Source: the human T2T-CHM13v2.0 reference genome, Homo sapiens. From it: DNA of 64,000 bases. Within the stretch, counting starts at the first letter, position 1; every line of letters begins with the position of its first letter. Below are positions 35,076 to 54,334 of the stretch, in pieces. The translations under genes and the position numbers were made by a program. Under the pieces are notes generated by a model, which was given only the letters and a program-made list of their open reading frames with translations, was not told the origin of the DNA and ran no database searches. Where the stretch lies: assembly GCF_009914755.1 (NCBI RefSeq), contig NC_060945.1; one strand, given 5' to 3'.

Positions 35076-37161
35076 TCTTTTCTTTCATAATTCAAAATCT
35101 AAATAGAAGCCAGTTGGTAATTCCAAGATAATAGTATGAAGACAAAAAAAATGTTTGTTAACTGACCTTCAACCATTGAGACCTTATCTTATAGGAAGCA
35201 AAATTAACAAATATTTTCTCCCTTCTACAAATGTATACCCTCTGAGAAAGAGAGACAGTGTTCCAATCAAGACGATGACAGTATTCTGTGCACACATAGG
35301 AAAGGAAGAAGAATAAGAGAGAACATTTAAAAAGACAATTTTAGATAGGCATCCTATTTTTACCGGCAATAACATTTTTTAGAACTTACGGCATACAAAA
35401 TAGACCTTAAATGGACTCAGTGTTGAGAAAATTTTATAAGGCTGCTTTATTTTCTTCTATGGTAAATCTAGGAACCAATAAAATAGCTTTGATAATTCAC
35501 TCATTACATTCTTTCCTAACTAAACTATTTACATTATAAACTTTGTTGATATGCTGTGCTTTTGCATTAATAATTCTCATGTGTCTCATTTGTGAATACA
35601 TGAAAACTAGTTGTAAAATAAGGAAAATGTAATTTTGAAACATCTTCAAAAACAGTTGCATAATTTAACAAATGTTTATAAATTTTCGTCCTTACTCTAA
35701 AACCATAGATATCCTAAAATTGATTGAAGGTAAAATGATTTTTAAAGAACTGGATTTCTCACCATGAGTTATTTTATCTCCATACAAACTGTGGTAGTGT
35801 TATACAATGGTTAAGAAGAAATTACTTAAAAATGAGAATAAAGATACAGCTTATTAACACTTCATTTTGTGGATGAGACCTGAAAAATTAAACTTTTCTT
35901 CTAGAGACAAGTTGTAGTTGTGTATATAGAGTGTGAATAGATAGTGTCCATATTTTACTGTCATTATTTAAACAGAAACATGCAATTTGCACTTCAAAAA
36001 CCTACTACAAATTAACTGTGTCATTTGGAAGTGTCAAAATTATCTCATTAATGATCAGATAGGCTTTTGGCTCATTGTAATGAGATGTTCCTATAAACCT
36101 AATTTGAAAGACAAAGACAGAGTTTGGAGTCTTTAATTCTTGGTAAAAATCAGTAGCTCTATTTAGGGCTATATTTGCAAAATACTATTTCAACTCAAGC
36201 ATATTTTTATTTACAAGGCACTTCACAAATGTTGACCACAAAGATGTTTCTACCTAGCAGAAATAATTATAGTTACATATAGTTGTCTAGGAATATCTTA
36301 AACATGGGGTATTAAAATAACTTTCAAGAACAAGAAGAAATGTTACACCAGGCATTTTTGCAACTAGTGCTCTATTTCAGTGCAATATTTGTGGCAATTA
36401 AAAAACATAAATGGCTTGGATATATAGCTAAGTTATCAAAGGAAAAATATGCAAAGGCATGATTATTTTATAAATGTGCCACATATGTGACTTGAGGTAC
36501 AAATCCTCTAAGTTTAAAATTGTCTTTTTAAAAAAGAAATCAAAACAGACAAGTGGGCAATGAGTTATGGATACTATTATAGGGTACCCTGATAAACTAG
36601 TAAGAAGACGACTTTTGGTACTGAAAATTCCAATTAACCACATGCCCCCATTAAGGCCATGATCACTGCCAATTTTTACTCACAAAGGCTGGAGCTAGAG
36701 TTATATGGAATTCCATATGTATCTAAACCATAGATTTATCAATTATCACTTAAATACAACTTGGAAGACACTATCCAGAATTTGTAGGGCTTGGCCTTAT
36801 TCTAGAGAAACATACACTGGAATAGGCAGTTGGATTTTAAATTCAGTCTTAAATCTGTTGAAAATAATGCATTTTTTTCTCAGAGATGAGATATTGTTCA
36901 ACTCTTTTGACTTATTTTAGATTTGATAATATACAGTTCAAACACCATGGAGATTTACTAATCTGAATGAACACACACCAAATTTGTCTTTGCTCCAGTC
37001 TCGAAATCTGAGATTAATTCTAGCTGCTGAAGAAATTTTCCAGTGTTAGGAGTATGCTTCAATGCTGGTGACCGGTACTACTTTCTGGTAAACTATAGAT
37101 GACATGTGTGCTTTCATTGCCTAAACTCACTTTGTAGAACACCATTAAATGAAAATCATCA

Positions 37162-37462
<301 letters not shown>

Positions 37463-37477
37463 TCAGTGACTCTTTGT

Positions 37478-37550
37478 TTTTCATGCTGATAAACTATTAC
37501 GAAGAAAAAGAAAATTTTCATGCTGATAAACTATTACACAGAAAAAGAAA
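37478..37550 (+). repeat. 37-bp tandem duplication (2 copies)
   Basis: TTTTCATGCTGATAAACTATTAC(GA/AC)AGAAAAAGAAA at 37478 and 37515. Confidence 0.88.
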
Positions 37551-37608
37551 TGTATCCATTATGGACAATTAAAAGGGCTATACAATCTCTCTCATTGTAT
37601 GATTCTAG

Positions 37609-37945
<337 letters not shown>

Positions 37946-39540
37946 TAACACAATTCTTATTACTTCTGTTTCAATTTTACAAAGCCATAGGTTTTTAATC
38001 TGGGAAACCTTTGAGAAAACATCCAGATAAATTTATAAATAGAAAAATAAATTCAGACAAATATAATTAAGTTTATGATCTAACAAGTGGGTGGCAACCG
38101 AAAACTTTCCAAGTTCCATAAACTGAAGTGAAAGGATCACTTTCCTGAAAATATTACAAAGGCTTGATAATTACCTGGATTGTACTAAAACCTACACAAT
38201 CTAGTATATTCTATAGCAGCAATTCATAAAGACAGCTTCACTTACCATGTAGAATTTATACATACATTAAATTTAAGGAATGCGTTACTTGTTATTGGAG
38301 TAGGATAATAAACTCCCAGCAGAACTGATTTTCATGAATGCCTATTAAACTATCATTGATGTAGAAATTAAACAATATATTAAGCTATTCAGACCCAGAT
38401 TGTGAGAGACAGAGAAAAACTTCAAAAAAGTTCAGCTACCAAATCCCTTCCTCAATAGCTCTTTGAGTCTCAAGACAGTTTCAACCACACACATCCTCAG
38501 AGTCTTATGGTCCAAACAACATTTGACTGCAGCTCTAAAGTAAGCAAACATTTGAAAAGAAACTCAAAGATCTATACCTGTAGTTATGGTCAAGGAGGTC
38601 CACCTACTGGTGGGTGAGCATGGCAAGGATAGGGACTAAGCCAAATGATGGGTTTACCAAAACAGAAACAAGAGAAGTCATTGGAAGCACAGTCCAGGTT
38701 ATAACAGGAGCCCAGGCACTTGATGTGGGAACCCTATTTGTCTCATTCAGCACCTAGAGTTTTAACGTCCTATGAGGCACAGCTAATGCCCTTCATTATT
38801 TTTTTGTAATTGACTGCATAGTTTAGAACTATGCCTTGAATTTAATATCTATCTGTTGAATAAATGAATTAATAATGATGAAAATCTGTCCACAGGTTAT
38901 GTGCAGTACTGAAGAGCAACTTCAGCTATTGAGGTATCTATCAGAAGTCTTACTCTCCAAAAAGCCTCTGGTTAGTTACTGATATACGTTGCTGATAATT
39001 TCACTCTCACAATGTAGGGGAAGCAGGAATGTTATCTGGCCTCTTGGCTCCTCTTCCTTTGCCTTCCACAGATCTCTCTGCTGGTTCACAGAGGAACACT
39101 TTCGTGGCTCTCAGTTCATTTTGCAATTCTGCTAGAATCTCATTCCATCCTCAGTTGTAACTACCTTGTCCTTCACCCAACGCTTATTTACGGAGGGACA
39201 GATAGCAAGAAGAAATCGCACTCTGGATTACAAAGTGGGAAGACGCACCCCTTGGCCAGAATGCCTGCCTCCTATGTTCATGAAGGATATTTCTAATTGA
39301 TCTCGGCACTCTTTTCCATTGAGCCCATGTCCCAAATTGGCCGTGAGTTAGGGAGAGGGCTCTAGAGTGGGAAAGGTGTACCCAAAACTTCCCTAATCTG
39401 ACTATCAAGCCTAAAAAATTAAACTTTCAATTCAACATCCCTTGTTTCTCCAACTTGGAGTGCCTGATGGTGTGGGAAGCCCCTACTCATAAAAATTCAT
39501 AGTTGAAGATTGTTGGTAATTTTGCCCAACCTCCTTCTTT

Positions 39541-39990
39541 TCTTTTTATTCTACTTTAAGTTCTAGGGTACATGTGCACAACGTGCAGGTTCATTACATA
39601 TGTATACATGTGACATGTTGGTGTGTTGCACCCATTAACTCGTCATTTACATTAGGTATATCCCCTAATGCTTTTCCTCCCCTAGCCCGTCACCCCACAA
39701 CAGGTCCCGGTGTGTGATGTTCCCCTTCCTGTGTCCATGTGTACTCATTGTTTAATTCCCACCTATGAGTGAGAACATGTGGTGTTTGTTTTTTTGTCCT
39801 TGTGATAGTTTGCTGAGAATGATGGTTTCCAGCTTCATCCTTGTCCCTACAAAGGACATGAACTCATCATTTTTATGGCTGCATAGTATTCCATGGTGTA
39901 TATGTGCCACATTTTCTTAATCCAGTCTATCATTGTTGGACATTTGGGTTGGTTCCAAGTCTTTGCTATTGTCAGTAGTGCCTCAATAAA
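39541..39990 (-). mobile_element. Short 5'-truncated L1PA (PA5-like) 3' end
   Basis: TACTTTAAGTTCTAGGGTACATGTGCACAAC...; perfect 10-bp TSD CTCCTTCTTT at 39531-39540 and 39991-40000. Confidence 0.95.
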
Positions 39991-41350
39991 CTCCTTCTTT
40001 CTTTGCCTAGTTACACCTCAATGCAACCTGCTGGCAGGCCAGCCTTAAGCCCAGCAGTCCAACCATGCATCTAAGCTGAGTTCTCATCAGAGCCAACTTC
40101 AATTATAAACAACTGAGATGATGCCAGAGGCCAGAATCCCTGAGAACCCAATTTGCTGTCATCACCACAGCTGAAACAAGGCGCTTGGCATCTAGAAAAG
40201 CTGATCTGTAGGAAATTTCCAATAGAGTTCAAGTTTTTCTAAGTTTAAAGTGTACAATATCATCAAGGTGAGACACTCAAGATAAAACTAGGCTTGTGTT
40301 TAAATATAATAAAAATATTTGAAGAATAGTAAGAGTGGTGACTACTTTTACACAGGAATGTTTCAAATAAATTGTTTTTTTCTTGTGCCTTTTAAATTTT
40401 GTGATTTGTCAATGAGATGCTGACATGTTTTTAATGAAGCATGCCTTGTAAAATAATAAGTGAATGAAAACTACACAGTAATATTTACATCAACAAAGCT
40501 AGAAGAAGACTGTATGTCTCAAGAGGCTCCATCATCTACCCAGTGGCCACTTCACCAAATTAAGATCCAAATACCAAAAAGAAAAGTAATTAAAATTTGT
40601 GTTGTATGCCTTATAAGACCAAACCTATAAAATGAGGGGAAACTTCACAATTACTTGTAATTTGCTCTGTGGAATTGTAACAGATGGATTATAAAGATGA
40701 TTCCATGATAAACATGTAAATGTGGTTACTACCTTCTGTGCTTTCTTGGTTCATATTTTTATTGTTTTTTTCTTTATAAACAGATAATTCATTCTTATCT
40801 ATGGCAATGCAAACTTTTCAGATGTATTGAATATGTCATAGTGTTTTTCTATTGTAGGCATCTCTAAAAAAGTTATAGAAAACAAACAGAGAAAAGTCTG
40901 GTGTTGGAAAGGAGAGAGAAATAAAGCTTGTAAAGGAATGAAGATTAGAGCTTTCTGGAGATAAAAATTCTTAGAAGATACAAAAGCTAGTTACTGAATT
41001 AGATGAAGGTTCTTTTTCAGTTTTTCCCAGTTGTTCACCTCTTAGAAGGCACATATTCACAGCAGAAAAGAAAAATGTGTTAAAAAGAAAATACCTCGGT
41101 GTAGTGAGACTGTAATTTCATGAGGGCATTACTGAAGACTCACTTTTTCCAGCATCACTCAGCATGGTATTATGCATGTGTGTAATGTAAAGGAAAGTGA
41201 ATACGCATTCTTGGATGGGTGATCAAATCGTAATTCCAGAATATAATCAGAAGCTGATTCATTATCCTCTTGAGATTTCACAATCTTTTCATCAGGAATT
41301 AAAATTCAGAAGAGGGTAAATGTATCTAATCAGTTGAAAGTTAAAAATTA

Positions 41351-42364
41351 GAGGATGGAGGCAACATGGCCGAATAGGAACAGCTCCAGTCTACAGCTGC
41401 CAACGTGAGTGATGCAGAAGACAGGTGATATCTGCATTTCCAACTGAGGTACCAGGTTCATCTCACTGGGGAATGCTGGACAGTGGGTGCAGCGCACCAT
41501 GCATGAGCCAAAGCAGGGAAAGGCATCACCTCACCTGGGAAGCAGAATGGGTCAGAGAATTCCCTTTCCTAGTCAAAGAAAGGGGTGACAGATGGCACCT
41601 GGAAAATCAGGTCACTCCCACCCTAATACTGCGCTTTTCCAACAGGCTTATCAAATGGCACACCAGGAGATTGTATCCAGCACCTGGCTTGGAGGATCCT
41701 ACACCCACGGAGCCTCGCTGTTTGCTAGCACAGCAGTCTGAGATCAAACTGCAAGGTTACAGTGGGGCTGGGGGAGGGGCGCCCGCCATTGCTCAGGCTT
41801 GAGTAAGTAAACAAAGCAGCCAGGAAGTTCGAACTGGGTGGAGCCTAACACAGCTCAAGGAGGCCAGCCTGCCTCTGTAGGCTCCACCTCTGGGGGCAGG
41901 ACACAGACAAACAAAAGACAGCAATACCCTCTGCAGACTTAAATATCCCTGTCTGACAGCTTTGAAGAGAGTAGTGGTTCTCCCAGCATGCAGCTTGAGA
42001 TCTGAGAACGGGCAGACAGCCTCCTCATGTGGGTTCCTGAACCCTGAGTAGCCTAACTGGGAGGCACCCCCCAGTAGAGGCAGACTGACATCTCACATGC
42101 CCGGGTACCCCTCTGAGTCAAAACTTCCAGAGGAACGATCAGGCAGCAGCATTTGCAGTTCACCAATATCCACTGTTCTGCAGCCACCGCTGCTGATACC
42201 CAGGCAAATAGTGTCTGGAGTAGACCTCCAGTAAACTCCAACAGACCTGCAGCTGAGGGCCCTGACTGTTAGAAGGAAAACTAACAAACAGAAAGGACAT
42301 CCACACCAAAACCCCATCTGTATGTCACCATCATCAAGGACCAAAGGAAGATAAAACCACAAAG
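41351..42364 (+). promoter_or_regulatory. L1 5'UTR with internal sense promoter (YY1-like AACATGGC at 41363-41370), antisense promoter region, and the ancestral ~129-bp segment (~42108-42236)
   Basis: Recognisable L1PA 5'UTR; the segment between GGGTAC and TCCAACAGACCTGCAG, absent from L1HS/PA2, is present. Many CpGs have decayed. Confidence 0.8.
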
Positions 42365-43378
42365 ATGGGAAAAAACAGAGTAGAAAACCTGGAAACTCTA
42401 AAAATCAGAGTACCTCTCCTCCTGCAAAGGAATGCAGCTCCTCACCAGCAATGGAACAAAGCTGGACGGAGTATGACTTTGACGAGTTGAGAGAGAAAGG
42501 CTTCAGAAGATCAAAGTACTCCGAGCTAAAGGAGGAAGTTCGAACCAGTGGCAAAGAAGTTAAAAACTTTGAAAAAAAATTAGACGAATGGATAACTAGA
42601 ATAACAAATGCAGAGAAGTCCTTAAAGGACCTGATGGAGCTGAAAACCATGGCACAAGAACTACATGACAAATGCATAAGCCTCAGTAACCGATGTGATC
42701 AACTGGAAGAAAGAGTATCAGCGATGGAAAACGAAATGAATGAAATAAAGCATGAAGAGAAGTTTAGAGGAAAAGGAATAGAAGAAATGAACAAAGCCTC
42801 CAAGAAATATGGGACTATGTGAAAAGACCAAATGTATGTCTAATTGGTGTACCTGAAAGTGACGGGGAGAATGGAACCAAGTTGGAAAACACTCTGCAGG
42901 ATATTATCCAGGAGAACTTCCCCAATCTAGTAAGGCAGGCCAACATACAAATTCAGGAAATACAGAGAATGCCACAAAGATACTCCTCGAGAAGAACAAC
43001 TCCAAGACACATAATTGTCAGATTCACCAAAGTTGAAATGAATGAAAAAATTTTAAAGGCTGCCAAGAGAAAGGTCAGGTTACCCACAAAAGGAAGCCCA
43101 TCAGACAATCTGCTGATCTCTCCTCAGAAACTCTACAAGCCAGAAGAGAGTGGGGGCCAATATTCAACATTCTTAAAGAAAAGAATTTTCAACCCAGAAT
43201 TTCATATTCAGCTAAACTAGGCTTCATAAGTGAAGGAGAAATAATATACTCCACAGACAAGCAAATGCTGAGAGATTTTGTCATCACCAGGCCTGCCCTA
43301 AAAGAGCTCCTGAAGGAAGCACTAAACATGGAAAGGAACAACTGGTACCAGCCACTGCAAAAACATGCCAAATTGTAA
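42365..43378 (+). pseudogene. L1 ORF1p (RNA-binding chaperone), frameshifted
   Basis: ATG at 42365 followed by a 1-nt loss; fragments MEQSWTEYDFDELREKGFRR (42451) and KRPNVCLIGVPESDGENGTKLENTLQDIIQENFPNL (42819) are in different frames; native stop at 43376-43378. Confidence 0.93.
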
Positions 43379-43441
43379 AGACCATCAAGGCTAGGAAGAA
43401 ACTGCATCAACTAACGAGGAAAATAACCAGCTAACATCATA

Positions 43442-47263
<3,822 letters not shown>

Positions 47264-48624
47264 ACAATGAGAAAACATGGATGCAGGAAGGGGAACATCA
47301 CACACTGGGGACAGTTGTGGGGTGGGGGAAGGGGGGAAGGATAGCATTAGGAGATATACCTAATGTTAAATGACGAGTTAATGGGTACAGCACACCAACA
47401 TGGCCCATGTATACATATCTAACAAACCTGCACGTTGTGCACATGTACCCTAAAACTTAAAATATAATAATAAAAAAAATTAACAGGAGACTTTTATACA
47501 GATAAATTTGCTTTGCATCATGATCAGCACTAAAGAGCATCATAGATTTAAACCATATTTTCACAGTTAAAACAATGTAACCAAATATGCAATATATTAT
47601 GTAACATTCTACAAGATGTTTTCAAACATGCAAACTGACCTTTAAAACAATTTTGCATAAAATAACATTTCTAGGTAAGAGAAAATACAGACATGTGGTT
47701 AGGGCAAAATATTTCTGTTCAAATTACAAAATACTGAATGACAAATCACAGGATAGAAAAGAATTATATTGTACCTGGAATTTGAAGTCTTCAAATTTAT
47801 TTAGGTATATGTATCTATATGTATTAATAGAGACATATTTAACTGATTATAAGTTTAGAACATTTATATTTTAAAGATGTCATTCTTTAAAAATTATTAA
47901 TATCTACAGGATTGATACAGATATTTTAATTTTAAACAAATATTTTTCACTAATGTGACCAGCATTTATGTCCTATTTCATTAAACAGACATTTCAAGAT
48001 TTTTTAGAGTTAATTTTTAAAAATTAAGTATCACAAATATTTCTGAAGTACTACCTTAAAAAATAAAACTCTTTCCTAGCTTTTCATATAGTTAAACATT
48101 TTCATAATGACTAAAAAGATAAAAATAAATTAGCAACCATAATTAAATTAGAATTCTACTTTTTATATCAGATGAAATACTACATAAAATGTCCAGAAAA
48201 TCTAGTGTTAATGAGGCTGTGCAGCCTGGACATTTGATGTCTCATCTGTGGGAATGTGAACTAACCCAACCATTCTGAATAATTATTGACTCTGTGTGTT
48301 AACAGTCTAGAGTCCTGAAACAAGGATCTTAATTCTAAAATAAAATCCTATTCTAAGAATATACCAAGGGTTGATAATCAAGGAAGTTTCAAAGTTATAG
48401 AGAAGAACCTTCATCCTAGCATTATATATGTAATCATCCATATAAACCACATAGTGTTGAATGAAATTACAGAAAAACAAAGAGCCTACAGAATATGTTT
48501 CTCTTTGTGTACAACAGTAAATGTACACATCTATCCATGTAAAATTTTACATCTCAGGAAGATAGGTACCAACATGTTAACATGCTATATCTATAAGATA
48601 AGAAATTTTACTTTCCTACAATTT

Positions 48625-48743
48625 CATACACACACACACACACACTCTCAAACATACATACCCACACACCGAGGATATATACACACACAAATATATATAT
48701 AAACATACATGTTTATATAGGTACACACACACATACATATACA
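48625..48743 (+). repeat. (CA)n/(TA)n low-complexity microsatellite
   Basis: Interrupted ACACAC and ATATAT runs. Confidence 0.8.
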
Positions 48744-49087
48744 CAGATGGTCAACAAATTATAATGGTTCAATTTATGATTTATTTACTTTATGATGAAG
48801 CAAAAGTGATAGCTTTGAATAGAATATAACCATTCTGCTTTTCACTTTCAGTACAATATTCAACAAATTACATAAAATATCCAAAACTTTATTATAAAGT
48901 GGGTTTTGTATTCAATGATTTTGCCCAATTGTCAGCTGATGTAAGTGTTCTGAGCACATTAAAGGTATGCCAGGCTAAGCTGTGATATTCAGTAAGTTAG
49001 GTATTAAATACATTTTTAACTTACTGTATTTTCAATTTATAATCAGCTTATCAAGACTTAACCCCATTGTACATTGAAAAGCATTTG
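48744..49087. mobile_element. MER47A-like TcMar-Tigger MITE
   Basis: Ends CAGATGGTC... and ...AACCCCATTGTACATTGAAAAGCATTTG|TA; internal TTTTCACTTTCAGTACAATATTCAACAAATTACAT and GTAAGTGTTCTGAGCAC. Confidence 0.75.
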
Positions 49088-49190
49088 TATTGCATTAAAC
49101 ATGTTATATATATTTTTAATTGAAATTACTAGCAACTTTTGAAAAAATGTAATGAAATAATGTGCTTTGCTATTGGTTAAAATGTTTTTG

Positions 49191-49506
<316 letters not shown>

Positions 49507-50019
49507 GTTTTCAGCTTCAAGTAACAGAATAGTCAACTAATTAAAGAAAAAAACAAGGAGCAACTTTTACCAAATCGCACAACAAATAGATGGTATCAAT
49601 GCTTACTTAATTCAACATGATCCACTTCGTGATTCTCTTATCTTTCTACCTATGTTTTCAAGATGGCTATGGCATTCCCAGCCTTACAACTTCATGTGAC
49701 AAAATCCAATGGCAGGAAATAATAAGTGACGGCATTTTGGAACTTTAAGGAAAAACTTTAAGGATTGGAAAACAGGGATGCCATATGTCCAGTAACATGG
49801 GATAGCCGTTCCTAATTAAGGATTGCTGTATGTCCTGAATGACTTTCTAATGTAATGAAGGTGAATAACCTGCTTTGTTTAATTATACAATCCCAAATGT
49901 AACTGCCTAAGTGCCAAGTACTTTTGCATGGTTTTAATATGCCATGAATTTTGCAAGAATGAAACTACTATGTATATGAGAAAAGATGGTAGATTTTTTC
50001 ATTTAGATACTCATTTCAG

Positions 50020-50445
50020 AGTCTCAATAGGAAAAACAGAACACACTCAAACTAAGATAATTTAACATGGGTTTATTTCCAAAGAGACTACTTACGAAAA
50101 TGTCAGGGGAGAAGGGTGAAGGAATCACAGAAATCCCACCCCACAATAACTCTGGGTTAGTAGCAGCAGGCAGAGTTCTGGGGAGTAAACTTCCCTGATC
50201 ATGCAAGGAAACACTAATTTTCTTATGAAAAAGATTGGTCAAGGAGACCTAGCAGAGAGGGAGTTTAGGCAATAACCCCCAATCCCATTTCCTCCTTCCC
50301 TTTAATCTCATGAACATGCATAGAAGGCAATGAGCAAGGGAACCGATTGAGATATTCAATATGGACCATTCCACTTGGACAAAAGCCAGTAAATAGGGGA
50401 GTATAACAGGGGACAAGGGCCAAACAGAAAGTGTCTATTACATTT
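50020..50445. mobile_element. Possible ERVL LTR16-like LTR
   Basis: AGGAAAAACAGAACACACTCAAACTAAGATAATT and GAGCAAGGGAACC..TTGAGAT motifs recalled from LTR16 consensus; heavily diverged. Confidence 0.4.
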
Positions 50446-53299
50446 ACCAATGCAGATCAATCATGTCAAAAACAGAAATGGCAGTTTTGGCATTTGGTTA
50501 TTCAATGAAACTATATTTGTAGCTTTTTATTTACAATGTTTCAAGGTATGGGCGAAGATATGAAAATTTCATTATGTTCTATTTTATTTGATATGTAAAT
50601 GTTCTGGCACAATTATATACATTTTGGATCATATATTGACAGTAAATTATTTCTCCTTTGTTAGCTTCAGCATAACATTAATATTTTCAACAACTTGAAT
50701 GCATACATTGTGTTCTCACTAATAGTTTAGAATAGTGAAGGGGTCTTTGAAGAATTTCTTATGAAGTAGAGGCATTGGGTCAGACAGAGCCGAAAACCAT
50801 TGGCTTAGATTAATCACTATTTATCCTAGGGCTGAAGAGGGCCAATTGAAGACACAAATGTCCAATCCCTTTATGACCTTGGAGTTCTATGAACCAGAGA
50901 AATAGAGACTGGTTCTTAAGGAGGTAATAAGTGTGCCTTCTATGGTTTATAATAATATGCATTGTCTTAACAATCGAATACTTAAAAGTTAATGCCCTCA
51001 TAATATGCAAAATTTTTAATAAGCACATTGGTCCCTGTGTTCAAGTAGTTGGTAATCAAATTAGCGAAGTATGGTAAGTCTTTTGAAGAGCATTAAACAG
51101 CAGAGAATGTAAGAAATTTGTCTCTATAATAGTGTGGGCCTTCTGTGTTTCCTAAGGGCACATTCATATGATCTAATAATTGAGCAGAGAGAAGCCTAAA
51201 GGATAGTTTTTGGTTTCATTTGTTTGTTTTTCCAATTAACATACATTTCTAGATTAAAGGTCAACTATCTTTTCCTTGGGAGTCAACTATAGGAGAAGAT
51301 AGTGAAGAGGCAAGGAAAATTACAGCAGCTCAACAGCTTTACCCTGGAAATATCTGTATTGTGTACCGCTATAGCCTACCTTTATCAGTCAGATAACAAT
51401 GTCAAAGAGGCAAGCTTGGCACCATTGCTCTTAGTGAATCCCTGCTGCCAACCTTTTATCCTAAGTGCTCTCCAAAGACCCATTTAATGGACCTTCCTGA
51501 AATTGTGCTCAGGATCAATATGAGGCTCATTGATACAGCATTTTTGGAACTCACCATTTGCTTATTTATTAAACCTGGGATAGTTGCCCGACTTCTATCA
51601 TCTGAAATCCTCTCCATGACTTTCAAAGTTACCAACATTGGTTCCAACATCATTCCTAGAAAACATTTCAGTGGAGTATATTTATCTGACATTTGACTGT
51701 ATTTATAGCAGTAAGAATCTATGATGATTCCTCCCAAAATAATCCCACAATTACACATTTTGGGTCACCCTGAGGGTCTTATCCTTAATATCAGAGATCT
51801 GTTCTATACATTTGAGTCTTAGAAATAATTACTAGCTTCTCTCTGAATTTAACTGAGGTTCCTTACTTTTATTCAGCCTGTTACCTAAATTACATAATGT
51901 ATTGAAGGCTATAAACTGTCCAAATTTCTGATTACATTGAGTTAAAAATGGGAATATGACTTTCTTTTTCTAACTTGGCAAAGATTATGTTTTTTTCATG
52001 AAGAAATATAGGCATATTTAAACACTCAGGATCTGAGAATTTGAAATACATGAAACTTAGCAAGTGGTCTTTAAGTAGTTTTCATTTCCAAATTATAGTA
52101 CATACCATTGAATGCTACAGAAGGAAAGACAATGAGGGATTACTCATAAACATTGCCTTTATGATATCCTTCCAAAGAAAACCAAGTGTCCCTGTGCTTG
52201 GACTCATAAAGCAGAAATGCTTACCTTGCTTTTATGTCACTAACAAACAATTGTGCCTAGTCATTTAATTCTAACGCATTTAAGCCATCTAGAGAGTGGA
52301 GCCCCTAGGGAAAACTACAAATGGAAAATTCATTGATTTTTGATTTTGCTTTCCTATGGATTAAATTTAACACTTTCTTGTAAATCTCTCCCTTTACAGA
52401 TCATATGTGATAAATAGTTATCCAACTTTCTAGATGTCCACCCAGAGCTGCTTCCATATGAAGAGGTGGAAACGGATTCTGTGCATGATACTGGTTAGGA
52501 TCGGGAACTGTTTTTTTTTAAAGGAGATTTTTAAAATTTGTTTTCCTTGTACACATAGCCTTAATATTGTGTTGCTAACTGCCCTCTGGGAACAAAGTCA
52601 TACCAATCACAAATACATTGCCTAAAGTGGGATGGTTATTACTCTGCTGTGAATTGCACCTCCTATTATGTTTTAAAGATGTTACAAACTTGAGACATTA
52701 CTATGTAGATGACATTCCCAGCAAATCCCCAAACAACACTTAATGAGATTTCAAATACCAGGATCATGAAACAGTAAGAGATATAAGGAAATAAAGAAAA
52801 ACACAGTATATGTGTAGAAGGCATTAAAACACAAATTTTATAATTACGAATGCATATAATAAGGAACAAGTTTTATTCTAAATAGCAATTATATCAGAAC
52901 TACGATACAGGGAATAAAAGTGAATATTAAGCCATTGTACCAACAATAACAGAGCCCCTTTTCTGCTGCGTGATGGAATTTAGTGTTTACTAAGGAAGAA
53001 AAAAATGCAAGATATCTTAAATTTGGTACTTTCCAACAAATTTAAGAAATGTGTACACACTTGAGGAGACTTAAGAAGTCTCTGACTAAAACACTAGAAA
53101 AGAAAAGCAGTGAAAAACCAAATAAGTATTACTCAACAATAACAACATTTGTTACTATTATATTAATATTAAACACACTATTAAGCAACAACATTTCAGT
53201 TACTCACTGAGCCCAAAGTCATTTTTCATGAACCATTCACAACACTGATAACCTATTGAAAAATGATTGAAAACAAAAAAGCTTATTTCTTTCCAAGTC

Positions 53300-53715
53300 C
53301 TTTTAAAGCCTTCTCATGTGTCATTTCATATAATCCTTATAACAAATCTATGGAGTATATACTGACTTTATCTCTGTACAGAAAAGAAAACTGAATCACA
53401 TTCAGAATAAGTTGCAAAGATCCCCAGATAATCAGTGTCATAGGTGAAATATGATGTCACAGTGTACTCAAGAGTAATTTAGGGAAGCAGTACAAATGAT
53501 GGTTGAAAGCACAGGTTCTGGGGTAAATAGCCTGAAGTCAAAATCTAGTTCATATCCTCAGTGGCTGTGTGATCTTGGGAAATTTCCCTTAACTCTCTGT
53601 GTCTTGATTTTATAGTTTCATCCATTTTTGCCTCTCATATGATCTGGTGAGCGTTACACTAGTTTATGCTTCTAGGACACTGAAAACAGTGCCTGGCTCT
53701 TGATAAATATTAACA
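53300..53715. mobile_element. Two oppositely oriented MIR fragments (~53300-53450 minus, ~53485-53715 plus)
   Basis: AATCCTTATAACAAATCTATG...ACAGAAAAGAAAACTGA and GGCTGTGTGATCTTGGGAAATTTCCCTTAACTCTCTGTG...AACAGTGCCTGGC core motifs. Confidence 0.6.
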
Positions 53716-54334
53716 ATTTTGTTTCATTTTCTTCACCTTGAGTATTTCATGGCCAGATAGAAATCAATGTCAATATGAAAAAATGTTCATAATTCAGCAG
53801 GAAGAAATACAAAACCATATAAACAACTTTGTTTTATTGGCAAGTGTATTTGGAAGCTATGTTAAATTGAGAAGGGGAAGGGAAAGCCTCTAAGGATATC
53901 GATTAATCAATGACTGAAAGCTGATGAGACTTGTCTGGAATTTTTTTTTGGAGACTCTGAGACTTAAAATTTTGACAAAATAAGGAGATGAATTGAGTAG
54001 TGTGGAAGAGACATTTTCTGAAGTCAGCAGAGAAAGGAGAGACAAATATGGTAAGGGGAAAATGGTATGAAGTAATAATATGAATGAAGTGCTTTCTAAA
54101 GTATAACACATGTAAGTTGTGTTAAATGTAAACTATCATGATTATATCATTACTGTCTGACTGATACAACTATATCCACCTCAGTTAGCCACATAAGATC
54201 AATTTTCTTATATCTTAGAGAATACCAGTAACCTCCAGTTCAGAAACAGCATAAATATCTATCCACAGCTGAGCAGACACATAGAGCTAGCTACCAGATG
54301 AAATGGGCTATATCTTCAAATACTATTGTTTTCC

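Noticed and set aside
51456-51758. 100-aa minus-strand ORF (and overlapping 69-aa plus ORF) as a possible exon or pseudogene
   Set aside because: No recognisable protein family or convincing splice context; may be chance or a very old LINE remnant. A tblastx/Dfam search would settle it.
53065-53081. Small hairpin GAGACTT-AAG-AAGTCTC
   Set aside because: A 7-bp stem is expected by chance in 64 kb; no supporting context.
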